Shown in pieces: positions 39,097 to 48,059 of a DNA stretch of 64,000 bases. Every line of letters begins with the position of its first letter. The first letter of the stretch is position 1. A program made the translations under genes and the position numbers. The notes under the pieces were generated by a model that was given only the letters and a program-made list of their open reading frames with translations, was not told where the DNA came from and made no database searches. Origin of the DNA: Patescibacteria group bacterium (GTDB lineage Bacteria > Patescibacteriota > UBA1384 > DATEAH01); the NCBI GenBank assembly GCA_035288465.1, contig DATEAH010000007.1:2090-66089 (forward strand), read 5' to 3'.

Positions 39097-40287
39097 ATGA
39101 ATCAAAAAGTATTGGTCGCAATGTCTGGAGGCGTAGATTCTTCGGTCGCGGCGGCATTGCTTAAAAAAATGGGTTTTAAACCGATTGGGATTTTTTTAAA
39201 GTTTTGGCAGCCTGAAAATAACGATCATTTTACGAACCGATGTTGTTCTACTGAAGCATCTTTTATGGCGCGTCAGGTGGCTCAAAAAATAGAAATCCCT
39301 TTTTATGTTTTGGATTTTCGAGAGCAATTTAAAAAAGAAGTTGCAGATTATTTTATCTCGGAATACAAAAAAGGCCACACGCCAAATCCCTGCGTGAAAT
39401 GTAATCAGAAAATTAAGTTTGGTTTATTATTGCAAAAAGCACGTGAATTTGGGGCAGAATTTATTGCGACTGGTCATTATGCACAAATTTTTCCGCTTAC
39501 TAATAAATCTGGCAGCGGGAAAAAGATATTTAATGAGAGTGCAGGTTTGAATTTTAGTAATTCCGAGCAAACAAAGCCAGTTTTAAAGTCTGCTTTGGAA
39601 AAATATTCCCGAGCTAAATTAATTTTGACTGAGGCTCGAGACAAGACGAAAGATCAATCATATTTTTTATGGACCCTTAAACCTGAACAGCTTCAAAAAA
39701 TTTTATTTCCAATTGGCAATTTCACTAAGCCCGAGGTGAGAAAGTTGGCTAAAAAATGGGGTTTGCCGAGTGCTTTAAGTCGAGAAAGCCAAGAAATTTG
39801 TTTTGTAAATTCGAGTTTGTGGGATTTTTTACAAAAATATTTGAAGCCAAAAAAAGGTAAAATTGTCGATTTAAATGGTAAAATAATTGGTGAACATTTT
39901 GGAGCGTTATTTTATACAATTGGGCAAAGACATCATTTGGAAATTCCGGCTGATAATCCTGAACAAAAACCATATTATGTAGCGAGAATTGATTTGGCGA
40001 AAAATGAAGTGATAGTCGGGCATGAAGCAGATTTGTATTCAAAAGACTTAATTGCGAACGAAATTAATTGGATAAAATCAATCAACAATCAACAACCAGC
40101 AATCAATAATGTCGAAGCTCGAATTCGTTATGGCCACCCCAAAGAAAAGGTGAAAATTAAATTTCAAAATTCAAAAATTCAAGCCACTTTTGATAAACCG
40201 CAACGGGCAATTACGCCTGGACAATCCGTGGTTTTTTATCAAAACGAGGCGGTTCTTGGGGGTGGAATAATTGAAAATAAAAAATAA
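39097..40287 (+). CDS. mnmA: tRNA 2-thiouridylase MnmA
   Basis: AMSGGVDSSV, TPNPCVKCN, ATGHYA, KDQSYFL, ESQEICF, TIGQR, ITPGQ. Confidence 0.97.
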   Translation: MNQKVLVAMSGGVDSSVAAALLKKMGFKPIGIFLKFWQPENNDHFTNRCCSTEASFMARQVAQKIEIPFYVLDFREQFKKEVADYFISEYKKGHTPNPCVKCNQKIKFGLLLQKAREFGAEFIATGHYAQIFPLTNKSGSGKKIFNESAGLNFSNSEQTKPVLKSALEKYSRAKLILTEARDKTKDQSYFLWTLKPEQLQKILFPIGNFTKPEVRKLAKKWGLPSALSRESQEICFVNSSLWDFLQKYLKPKKGKIVDLNGKIIGEHFGALFYTIGQRHHLEIPADNPEQKPYYVARIDLAKNEVIVGHEADLYSKDLIANEINWIKSINNQQPAINNVEARIRYGHPKEKVKIKFQNSKIQATFDKPQRAITPGQSVVFYQNEAVLGGGIIENKK

Positions 40288-40308
40288 AAAATAAAAAATT
40301 AAAGATAA

Positions 40309-42363
40309 ATGATGTTAACATCAAAGACCCCGATTCAAAAAATTGCCGGGATTGGACCCAAAATTGCCCAAAAGCTCGAAAAATTGGGAATTTTGACGAT
40401 TTCCGATTTATTACATCATTACCCCTACCGGTTTGAGGATTTTTCAAAAATTTCAAAAATTGGACAAATTAAACCTGGCACGCATTGTGTAAAGGGAAAA
40501 ATTCTCGAAATTAAAAGTAACCGCACCTTTCGTAAAAAAATGTTTATCACCCAAGCGATTATTCAGGACGCGACTGGTTCAATAAAAGTTGTCTGGTTTC
40601 ACCAACCATACTTAACTAAAATGTTTAAAAGGGGTAGTCAGGTATTAATTGCTGGCCGTGTTGATTATGGCTACGCAGGTTTAGCTTTTCAAAATCCAAC
40701 GATTGAAAAATACACCAAGGGTGGTTTGCATTCGGGTCGAATTGTACCCATTTATCCGGAAACGGCGGGTTTAAATTCTCGATGGCTGAGAAGAATTATT
40801 GCTTCGCTTCTAAAATTAACTGATAAAATTCCAGATTATCTGCCTAAGCAAATTAAAAAAGAATATGATTTACAGGATTTACCCCAGGCTTTAAAACAAG
40901 TTCATTTTCCAGATTCTTTCGAGAAACTAGAAATTGCTAAGAATCGAATCGCTTTTGATGAATTATACTTATTGCAATTGAAAATGTTGAGATTACGCCA
41001 GAAATGGCAAAAAATGACCGCCTCAAAAATTCAAATTGATCTTGAAGCAGTTAAGAAATTAGTCAAAAAATTGCCTTTCAAATTGACTAATAGCCAGAGA
41101 AAAGCGGCTTGGGAAATTTTGCAGGATTTATCTAGAAAATATCCGATGAATCGGCTTTTGGAGGGTGATGTTGGTTCTGGTAAAACTGTCGTGGCGGCAA
41201 TTGCGATGTTGGCAGTAGCAAAATCTGGTTTACAATCAATGATGATGGCACCGACGGAAATTTTAGCCCAGCAACACTTCCATACTTTAAAAAAAGTTTT
41301 AGCGCCTTTTCGGTTAAAAATTGCCCTATTGACTAGCTCGAAAGCCGAAGCCGCGGGGATAAAAAATGCGGCTCGTCCAAAGATCATTGAAAAAATTAAA
41401 AACGGTCAGATTCCGATTGTGGTTGGCACGCATGCTTTGATTGTGGAGAAGATGTCTTTTGAAAAATTGGGTTTAGCGATTATTGATGAACAGCATCGTT
41501 TCGGGGTCGAGCAGCGCACTAAATTACATCAAAAAGCGAAAGGTTGTCCGCATTTATTATCAATGTCAGCCACACCAATTCCTCGCAGTTTAACTTTGGC
41601 GCTTTATGGCGATTTGGATTTATCAATTATTGACGAAATGCCCAAGGGTCGTTTAAAAATTGCCACTTATTTGGTACCGGCCGAAAAACGGCGCAAAGCT
41701 TATGAGTTTATCGCCAAGCAAATTAGAGCTGGTCGGCAGATTTTTGTGATTTGTCCATTAATTGAAGAATCAGATCGGCTGGGCGTAAAATCGGTGGAAA
41801 CTGAATATTGCAAACTAAAAACTCAAATTTTTCCCAAATTCAAAATTGGTCAATTGCATGGCAAAATGAAACCTAAAGAAAAAGAAAAAATTATGGCTAA
41901 TTTTTTAAAAAATAAATACAATATTTTAGTTTCGACTTCGGTAGTTGAAGTTGGCGTTGACGTACCAAATGCCTCGGTGATGATGATTGAGGGGGCAGAA
42001 AGGTTTGGCTTGGCACAATTACACCAATTTCGAGGTCGGGTGGGTCGTGCGGAACATAAATCGTATTGTTTTATATTTTGCGAAAGTCCCACTACGAAAA
42101 TTTGGCAACGCTTATCAGCTTTAACTAGAATTAACGACGGTTTTAAATTAGCAGAAAAAGATCTGAAACTGCGCGGACCGGGCGAAATTGATGGTATTCG
42201 GCAGCATGGCTTGGTGGATTTGAAAATGGCGAAATTAACTGACTTGAAAATGGTCAAATTAACCCGCGAGGCAGCGGAAAAAACTCTTAAAATTGGACTC
42301 GAAAATTTACCGCTTTTAGAAAACAAAATAAAAGAATATAATAAGAACAAGAATAGAGATTGA
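40309..42363 (+). CDS. recG: ATP-dependent DNA helicase RecG
   Basis: RLLEGDVGSGKT, APTEILA.QH, IDEQHRFG, SATPIPR, QLHQFRGRVGR, DL.LRGPG. Confidence 0.97.
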   Translation: MMLTSKTPIQKIAGIGPKIAQKLEKLGILTISDLLHHYPYRFEDFSKISKIGQIKPGTHCVKGKILEIKSNRTFRKKMFITQAIIQDATGSIKVVWFHQPYLTKMFKRGSQVLIAGRVDYGYAGLAFQNPTIEKYTKGGLHSGRIVPIYPETAGLNSRWLRRIIASLLKLTDKIPDYLPKQIKKEYDLQDLPQALKQVHFPDSFEKLEIAKNRIAFDELYLLQLKMLRLRQKWQKMTASKIQIDLEAVKKLVKKLPFKLTNSQRKAAWEILQDLSRKYPMNRLLEGDVGSGKTVVAAIAMLAVAKSGLQSMMMAPTEILAQQHFHTLKKVLAPFRLKIALLTSSKAEAAGIKNAARPKIIEKIKNGQIPIVVGTHALIVEKMSFEKLGLAIIDEQHRFGVEQRTKLHQKAKGCPHLLSMSATPIPRSLTLALYGDLDLSIIDEMPKGRLKIATYLVPAEKRRKAYEFIAKQIRAGRQIFVICPLIEESDRLGVKSVETEYCKLKTQIFPKFKIGQLHGKMKPKEKEKIMANFLKNKYNILVSTSVVEVGVDVPNASVMMIEGAERFGLAQLHQFRGRVGRAEHKSYCFIFCESPTTKIWQRLSALTRINDGFKLAEKDLKLRGPGEIDGIRQHGLVDLKMAKLTDLKMVKLTREAAEKTLKIGLENLPLLENKIKEYNKNKNRD

Positions 42364-42483
42364 AATAACCAATAATTAATAACCAATCAAATTCTAAACC
42401 CCAGTTACCAAATGTTTGAGAGTTATGTTATTGAAAATTGAATGTAAATTGGAATTTGAAAATTGATTTTTAGCGATGAGATT

Positions 42484-43071
42484 ATGATTGATTTTATTGA
42501 AAAATACAAACTTTACATTGTCGGTTTTTTGGTCTTGGTAATTTTAGTCGGAGTGGTGATTTTGCTTTGGCAAAAGAAAAATAGTCCGAAATCATCGATT
42601 ACAAAAAATAGTAGCGAAATTAGAGTTGATATTGAGGGCGCCATTAAAAAGCCCGGCGTTTATGTTTTAAAATCCGAAGCGATTTTAGAGGATTTAGTCG
42701 CTCAAGCTGGCGGCGTGACCGAAAATATTGATAAAATCAGGTTTGCTCAGGAATTTAATCGAGCCGAAGTGTTAAGTGATGGCCAAAAAATTTATTTGCC
42801 ATTTGCCGGAGAAGTGGCAGGTGCGGCGACAAATAATACTAGCGGTAGTGCGACTGAATCTAACACGATCCAAACTGCGGGAAAAATTAACTTAAATTCA
42901 GCTACTGCCGAGCAATTAGATACTTTATCTGGAATTGGACCAGCTTATGCGGCCAGAATTATTGAATATCGGCAGGCGCATGGTGGCTTTAAGATTATTG
43001 AAGAAATAATGGAAATTAAAGGGATTGGCCAAAAAACTTTTGATAAAATCAAAGACCAGATTACGATATAG
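42484..43071 (+). CDS. comEA: competence DNA receptor ComEA
   Basis: TM helix; VDIEGAIKKPGVY (SLBB); INLNSAT...L.GIGP..A..II.YR, GIGQK HhH motifs. Confidence 0.92.
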   Translation: MIDFIEKYKLYIVGFLVLVILVGVVILLWQKKNSPKSSITKNSSEIRVDIEGAIKKPGVYVLKSEAILEDLVAQAGGVTENIDKIRFAQEFNRAEVLSDGQKIYLPFAGEVAGAATNNTSGSATESNTIQTAGKINLNSATAEQLDTLSGIGPAYAARIIEYRQAHGGFKIIEEIMEIKGIGQKTFDKIKDQITI

Positions 43072-43225
43072 AGTCAATGAACAGTAAACAGTTCCAACCA
43101 GGGTCTGGTCCGCCTCTGGCGGAAACAATTAGCAATCAAATTTCTTGACAATTTTAGAAAAATTGTTAAAATATAAACAGGAGAAGCAGACTCCTTTTTT
43201 GAAACCCCAAAGGAGGCAGATAGCG

Positions 43226-44131
43226 ATGCAGGTTCAGGCAGTGAGGGACGTTAAGTGCGATCGTTGCGGCATGGTTGGTAGACCGGTTTTTTCAGTAAAT
43301 TTTAATGTTGTGGTCAGCCAAAGCAAGGAGAGCTTAACTTGTATTAAACCTGTAAGTGTTGCGATTTGTTCAGAGTGCATTGAGGGATTAGGTGCGTTTG
43401 TTAAGGATTTGTTAAAAGATGATGATTATTTCAGAGAAGAAGCATCAGTAGTTTTGAAGGGCGATATCCGCGAAGATTATCTAGATGAAATTATTGAAAG
43501 TTTAAAAGTTTGCTTGAAAGATGCTGGTGTTAGCAGCGAAAGTCTGAGCGGAAATACTCCGGAAAGTAAAGATGATTGGAAGGCACTTTTTGAGACCCTT
43601 GGGCATGATTGGATTGTGGCATTTACGGGATTTTTTGAGGCGGATGAGGATGGAGTCTGTAATCTAATTGAAGCGTGGCAGCAAGATCAGGAAAGCAAAA
43701 AAGACTCTGAAGATACTGAAACCACTGAAGCCGCAGATAAAGTAGCCCTAATTGAACGAAAGAGACAAATAATTGATGCTCTGGGTGGATTTACAGTTTT
43801 TCGCGAAGCACTAACTTCTGGATTGCACGAAACGTCAACGATTATTGATGGGATGGAAATTGCTAATGATGAGTTGGAAAGTTTGTTAGATGATGACCGT
43901 TGTGAAGAATTTCTCACCAGACTGCAGGGGATATTTATCGGAAGATTTTTGCATTCTCTTGGCGTCGAATTTGAAGCGGCAACTCTTTTAGCTTCTGAAT
44001 ATCAAGATGCAATTAGATCTGCTCTAGAGAGCGAAACAGGCGAAGATATTTCTCTTGAAGAGTTTAGGGGAAAACTAATTAAAGCCTTGGGTGCTTTTTC
44101 AGCAGAAGTAATTGATATTCAGATAAAATAA
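43226..44131 (+). CDS. hypothetical acidic protein with N-terminal CxxC...CxxC
   Basis: promoter TTGACA 43145 / TAAAAT 43167; AGGAGG RBS before ATG 43226; CDRC...CSEC. Confidence 0.75.
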   Translation: MQVQAVRDVKCDRCGMVGRPVFSVNFNVVVSQSKESLTCIKPVSVAICSECIEGLGAFVKDLLKDDDYFREEASVVLKGDIREDYLDEIIESLKVCLKDAGVSSESLSGNTPESKDDWKALFETLGHDWIVAFTGFFEADEDGVCNLIEAWQQDQESKKDSEDTETTEAADKVALIERKRQIIDALGGFTVFREALTSGLHETSTIIDGMEIANDELESLLDDDRCEEFLTRLQGIFIGRFLHSLGVEFEAATLLASEYQDAIRSALESETGEDISLEEFRGKLIKALGAFSAEVIDIQIK

Positions 44132-44245
44132 TTATTTATTACTTTCGGCTACTGGTCGATCTTTGCCAACGGCTTGTAGCCCTTTTTGTTTAAAATGGAC
44201 AAATCAGCTTCTATTTGATATAATCAGAGTAATAAATAAATTTTT

Positions 44246-44322
44246 GCCGCCATCGTCTAGAGGCCTAGGATACCAGGTTTTCATCCTGGAGATCACCGGT
44301 TCGAATCCGGTTGGCGGTGCCA
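44246..44322 (+). tRNA. tRNA-Glu(TTC)
   Basis: GCCGCCA/TGGCGGT acceptor stem; CCAGG-TTTTCAT-CCTGG anticodon arm; TTCGAAT T-loop; CCA encoded. Confidence 0.93.
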
Positions 44323-44478
44323 AGATAAAACTGTAATCTCCTTGATTACAATTTTATCTTATTGCCACACTGGGTGAGAACCTGTTGGCGAAAAAATTAA
44401 ACAAAAATCAAAGTGAAATATTATACTTTCCGTTCAGTCGTTAGTTGAGTTGTTTTGCGTTGAGACGGGCTTTAGCCC

Positions 44479-44502
44479 TTCGAATCCGGTTGGCGGTGCC
44501 AA
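44479..44502 (+). repeat. duplicate of the tRNA-Glu 3' end (att-like direct repeat)
   Basis: TTCGAATCCGGTTGGCGGTGCCAA is identical to 44300-44323. Confidence 0.9.
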
Positions 44503-44685
44503 AATAGAATTCCAATTCATAATTTATAACTCAGAATTACATTACAGAATCCACAATTCGTAATTTGTCCCGTTAGCTGGCGGGCTTTTTTAATTTGAAA
44601 GCCGTTTACTTTGTTTGCCGCATATGATATATATAGTATAATCTCCGGAATGGTCCGGTCTGGTCATCTGCTAAGGAGGCGCGAG

Positions 44686-45234
44686 ATGGGTGGGTTCTCG
44701 ACCGGTGTTTTCACCCAACTTTATCAGCAGGTTCATTACGGCCAAGAACCAGCAATACTTCAACGCTCGGTGAGAGAGGTATTTGCCGAAGTATATGGGT
44801 TGAACATGGTAGATGTTGATTCTAAACTTCAGGAATGGGGGATCGACCTTTCAGGGTTTGGCATGCGGCTCGTTTGGGAAGCTGATCGAACCCATCCAGG
44901 AAAGGAAACGGGTGCTGTTATCGCTGTTCCTGGATGTGAACCCGATGCTTTTATTTTCAAAGTTCCAGCTGGTACCCATACAGAATTCATAATGGCTCTT
45001 TATCGTAAAGTATTAAGTAAAATCGAAGCCAAAGACATTGTAAAATTTGATGGTAAGGGAATTCTTTGCCGCGAAGCAGATTCATATCTCCTGCAATCTC
45101 TCGCAAAGACAGCCAAAATCTTAGAGGTGTTAGTTGGTAAAAGAGCCGCGAATAAGTGGCTCAAAGAGCAAACAGAGCTACTCGAAGAGATGATATCCAC
45201 CCGCCCAAAAAAGCTGGGTGTTTCAAAAGTTTAA
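44686..45234 (+). CDS. hypothetical protein
   Basis: TAAGGAGG RBS before ATG 44686 within ORF 44611-45234. Confidence 0.7.
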   Translation: MGGFSTGVFTQLYQQVHYGQEPAILQRSVREVFAEVYGLNMVDVDSKLQEWGIDLSGFGMRLVWEADRTHPGKETGAVIAVPGCEPDAFIFKVPAGTHTEFIMALYRKVLSKIEAKDIVKFDGKGILCREADSYLLQSLAKTAKILEVLVGKRAANKWLKEQTELLEEMISTRPKKLGVSKV

Positions 45235-45359
45235 TTTGAAACCTAATCAAACCAATTATTTTGAGGGATCTTATTCCGGCCTTCGCTATCTCATTTCGGC
45301 GTAGACCTTTTTTAATTGCCAATTTTTCAAAAAACGCATACAATAAAAATGAGGGAAAA

Positions 45360-46406
45360 TTGACAAATTCAGATAAGCAATTATTTAAATTTAGTTACAC
45401 TCGACTAATTATCATTATTTTAGTCGCCCTTGGCATCTATTTATTAATCCCTAAATTAGTCGGGCTCAAAGAAGGTCTTAGATTAGTCCAGCAGGTAAAG
45501 CCGATTTATATTGTCTTGGGCATTTTGGGCGAAGTGGTTAGCTATACTGGTGCAGCGATGCTAATGGGTTTGGTGATTAGAAAACTCAAAACCCGCCTGC
45601 CGTTTATTGATTTAATCCGCATGGGCACAATTGGCGCTTTTGCGATTCACTTTTTTCCAATTTCCGGGGCTGGAGAAGCAACCATTAATTATTATTTATT
45701 GCGCTCAAAAAGTGTTTCCTCGGGTGACGCACTTTTTGTTTTTATCATTCGTGGGATATTTTTATATATCGCCTTTTTTATAATTTTTGCTTTGGGTTTA
45801 TTGTTAACACCGTCGCATCCTTTGCTGAGCTTAACGCAAAAAATTATTTTTATAGCTTTATTTATTGTTATTATTATCGTGACGTTTTGGGTGAGATATT
45901 TATATCGCAATCGCGATCGTTTTTGGTCAGCAGGCTATAAGTTTTTAGGGATAATTAATTGGTTTAGCCGCAAGCTTTTCAAAAAAAGAGTTTTTACGCC
46001 CGAGACTTGTGAGATTTTGGTTTCCGATATTTATAATGGATTTGGGACATTTTTTAGGAATAAACGCAAAGAGTGGTTACCGGCTTTAAGTTGGTCAGCA
46101 ATCTATTGGCTGGGTGATATGTCTTGTTTATTTTTTAGTTTATTGGCATTTGGCTTTGTGGTTCATCCTGGCGTGCTGATTTCCGCATATGGCATTGCCA
46201 CACTCTTGGGATTAATTTCGTTTATCCCGGGAGGTTTGGGGGTGGTAGAGGGTGTTTTAAGTTTGGGCTTGATTGGTTTGGGCGTTTCTGCTAATATAGC
46301 TTTGTTTGGAGTTTTGCTATTTCGCTTAATGTCTTTTTGGTTAATTATGCCAATTGGCTTTGTTTCTTTTGTGACGATGCAGAGCGAGATCAAAAACCAT
46401 AAATAA
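45360..46406 (+). CDS. lysylphosphatidylglycerol synthase TM-domain (UPF0104 flippase-like) protein
   Basis: multi-TM; PGGLGVVEG and LLFRLMSFWL motifs; likely TTG start at 45360. Confidence 0.85.
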   Translation: MTNSDKQLFKFSYTRLIIIILVALGIYLLIPKLVGLKEGLRLVQQVKPIYIVLGILGEVVSYTGAAMLMGLVIRKLKTRLPFIDLIRMGTIGAFAIHFFPISGAGEATINYYLLRSKSVSSGDALFVFIIRGIFLYIAFFIIFALGLLLTPSHPLLSLTQKIIFIALFIVIIIVTFWVRYLYRNRDRFWSAGYKFLGIINWFSRKLFKKRVFTPETCEILVSDIYNGFGTFFRNKRKEWLPALSWSAIYWLGDMSCLFFSLLAFGFVVHPGVLISAYGIATLLGLISFIPGGLGVVEGVLSLGLIGLGVSANIALFGVLLFRLMSFWLIMPIGFVSFVTMQSEIKNHK

Positions 46407-46410
46407 ATTT

Positions 46411-47220
46411 ATGCCACAATTTAAATTGAAAAATAGACAAACTCAAGTAATTTTGATGATAATCGTCATTGTCGGGGCGGTTTATTTTTTAGTGGCAAAT
46501 CGACCTAAAAATGCGGTTTCGCCGGTGCAACAAGAAAATGACGGTTTAACTAATTTGTTGTCGCCGCGAGAAGAAAAAAAATTAGATAGTAAAAATCAGA
46601 CCAAAACTACTAATACCCAATCTAATACTCAAACTGCGATTAAAGATTCGGTTTTATTGTCAGTGCCTTTTACTTCCCAAGCACCTTTGGTGGTTTGGGA
46701 TGATTTGCATAATGAAGCTTGCGAAGAGGCGTCGGTAATCATGGTGGCTGAATATTTATCAGGTAATCATAATCGTAAATTAGAAGTGAATTTTGCTGAC
46801 CAACAAATTATCAAGATGGTTAATTGGGAAATTAATAAATTGGGTTCACATAAAGATTTAACCGCCGAAGAAACCGTCAGATATTTAGCAATTGGTAATT
46901 TGGGTTATAAAAATGCTCATGTTCATCGTGATTTTTCGATTGATAATATTAAAAGGGAATTATCAGCTGGCAAACCCGTGGTTATCCCGATGGCGGGCAG
47001 GCTTCTCGGAAATCCGAATTTTCGGCAGCCTGGTCCGGTCTATCATATGTTGGTGATTAAGGGTTATAATTCAAAATATTTTATTACCAATGACCCCGGG
47101 ACGCGTAAGGGCGAAAGTTATAAATATTTGTTCTCCACAATTGAAAAAGCCGCCCATAATTGGGCGGGTACTCCTGATAAAATCGAGTCTGGCGCGAAAG
47201 TCTATTTGACTCTAAATTAG
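46411..47220 (+). CDS. C39-like peptidase, membrane-anchored
   Basis: VPFTSQAP, ACEEAS (Cys), HMLVIKGY (His), TNDP. Confidence 0.88.
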   Translation: MPQFKLKNRQTQVILMIIVIVGAVYFLVANRPKNAVSPVQQENDGLTNLLSPREEKKLDSKNQTKTTNTQSNTQTAIKDSVLLSVPFTSQAPLVVWDDLHNEACEEASVIMVAEYLSGNHNRKLEVNFADQQIIKMVNWEINKLGSHKDLTAEETVRYLAIGNLGYKNAHVHRDFSIDNIKRELSAGKPVVIPMAGRLLGNPNFRQPGPVYHMLVIKGYNSKYFITNDPGTRKGESYKYLFSTIEKAAHNWAGTPDKIESGAKVYLTLN

Positions 47221-47261
47221 ATTATATCTTGAGGTGGGAGATTTATTTTGGAAAGATGGGG

Positions 47262-47890
47262 CTACGAGGCAGGAAGGAAGAGTTGGTTGGTGTTTCCCCA
47301 GTTTGGGGGAACTAAGTTGGCACCAGCCTGTCTTTCTTCTTCCTGCCTCGCAGTTTTCTATGTGAACCCAACATTAGGTCCTGAGTTTGAGAAATTCTCA
47401 GAACCGGTTGGGGTTGAAGACTGACCAGCAGCGTCCGGGTTTTCTATCCCCGAGTCTTGGCGTCTCAGGCCTCGCTATTCGACGCTGCCGGTCAGATTCT
47501 GAGAGGGTTAGCGGCTGGGATAACCGTGGGGTAGTGTGATTGGACTGCAGACGGGGAACCACCTGAGGCTGTCCCATTTCCAACCCTCTCAAGCTGAAGG
47601 GGGAAAGGTGCGCCAAGATTTCCAGACCAGGATTGCAACCGCTATTTGGGTTCCTTATTCCCCACGAAACTGGCGAAGGCATTTGGTTCTACGCCAGGTC
47701 TTGCACACCATCCGGAGAACTTCATGCCTTCATGACTGTTGGAGAGAGGAGAGTGATACCCAACTGAAGCTGCGAAAGTGATAACCCTTTCCTCTCTTTT
47801 TGGTTCCGTAGTGACGCTCCTTCCTCGCCGTGAGTCTTGAAGCGTCTAAGCTCTTACAGTTCTCCGAACTGTCGCAGCTTAAGAGCTAAG
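47262..47890 (-). ncRNA. candidate large structured non-coding RNA (~530-630 nt)
   Basis: GC-rich relative to flanks, many long helices, minus-strand promoter at 47898-47925, no credible ORF. Confidence 0.6.
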
Positions 47891-47897
47891 CTATAAT

Positions 47898-47925
47898 ATT
47901 GTACCAAATCCTAAAAATTTGTCAA
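47898..47925 (-). promoter_or_regulatory. promoter pointing into the candidate large ncRNA
   Basis: minus strand TTGACA, 16 bp spacer, extended -10 TGGTACAAT. Confidence 0.65.
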
Positions 47926-47945
47926 GTCAATATCAAAAAATTGGT

Positions 47946-47975
47946 TTGACAAAAGTGGTTCTTTCTTGTTATAAT
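47946..47975 (+). promoter_or_regulatory. rny promoter
   Basis: TTGACA 47946-47951, 18 bp spacer, extended -10 TGTTATAAT. Confidence 0.7.
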
Positions 47976-48059
47976 TTAAGCAGATTATAGTAATTTTTTA
48001 TTTAAATTTTGATCCCATAAAAATGGGGAATTGAATTGCGAACATGAGAGGAAAATACA

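Noticed and set aside
47398-47781. 94-aa (-) and 81-aa (+) ORFs as proteins
   Set aside because: No RBS, they overlap each other, no recognisable motifs, and the dense helices explain the region better as RNA.
47262-47890. RNase P RNA or 6S RNA
   Set aside because: GAGGAAAG is not followed by the conserved UCC and no 3' RNase P signature was found; the region is far longer than 6S and is not a single rod. An Rfam scan is still needed.
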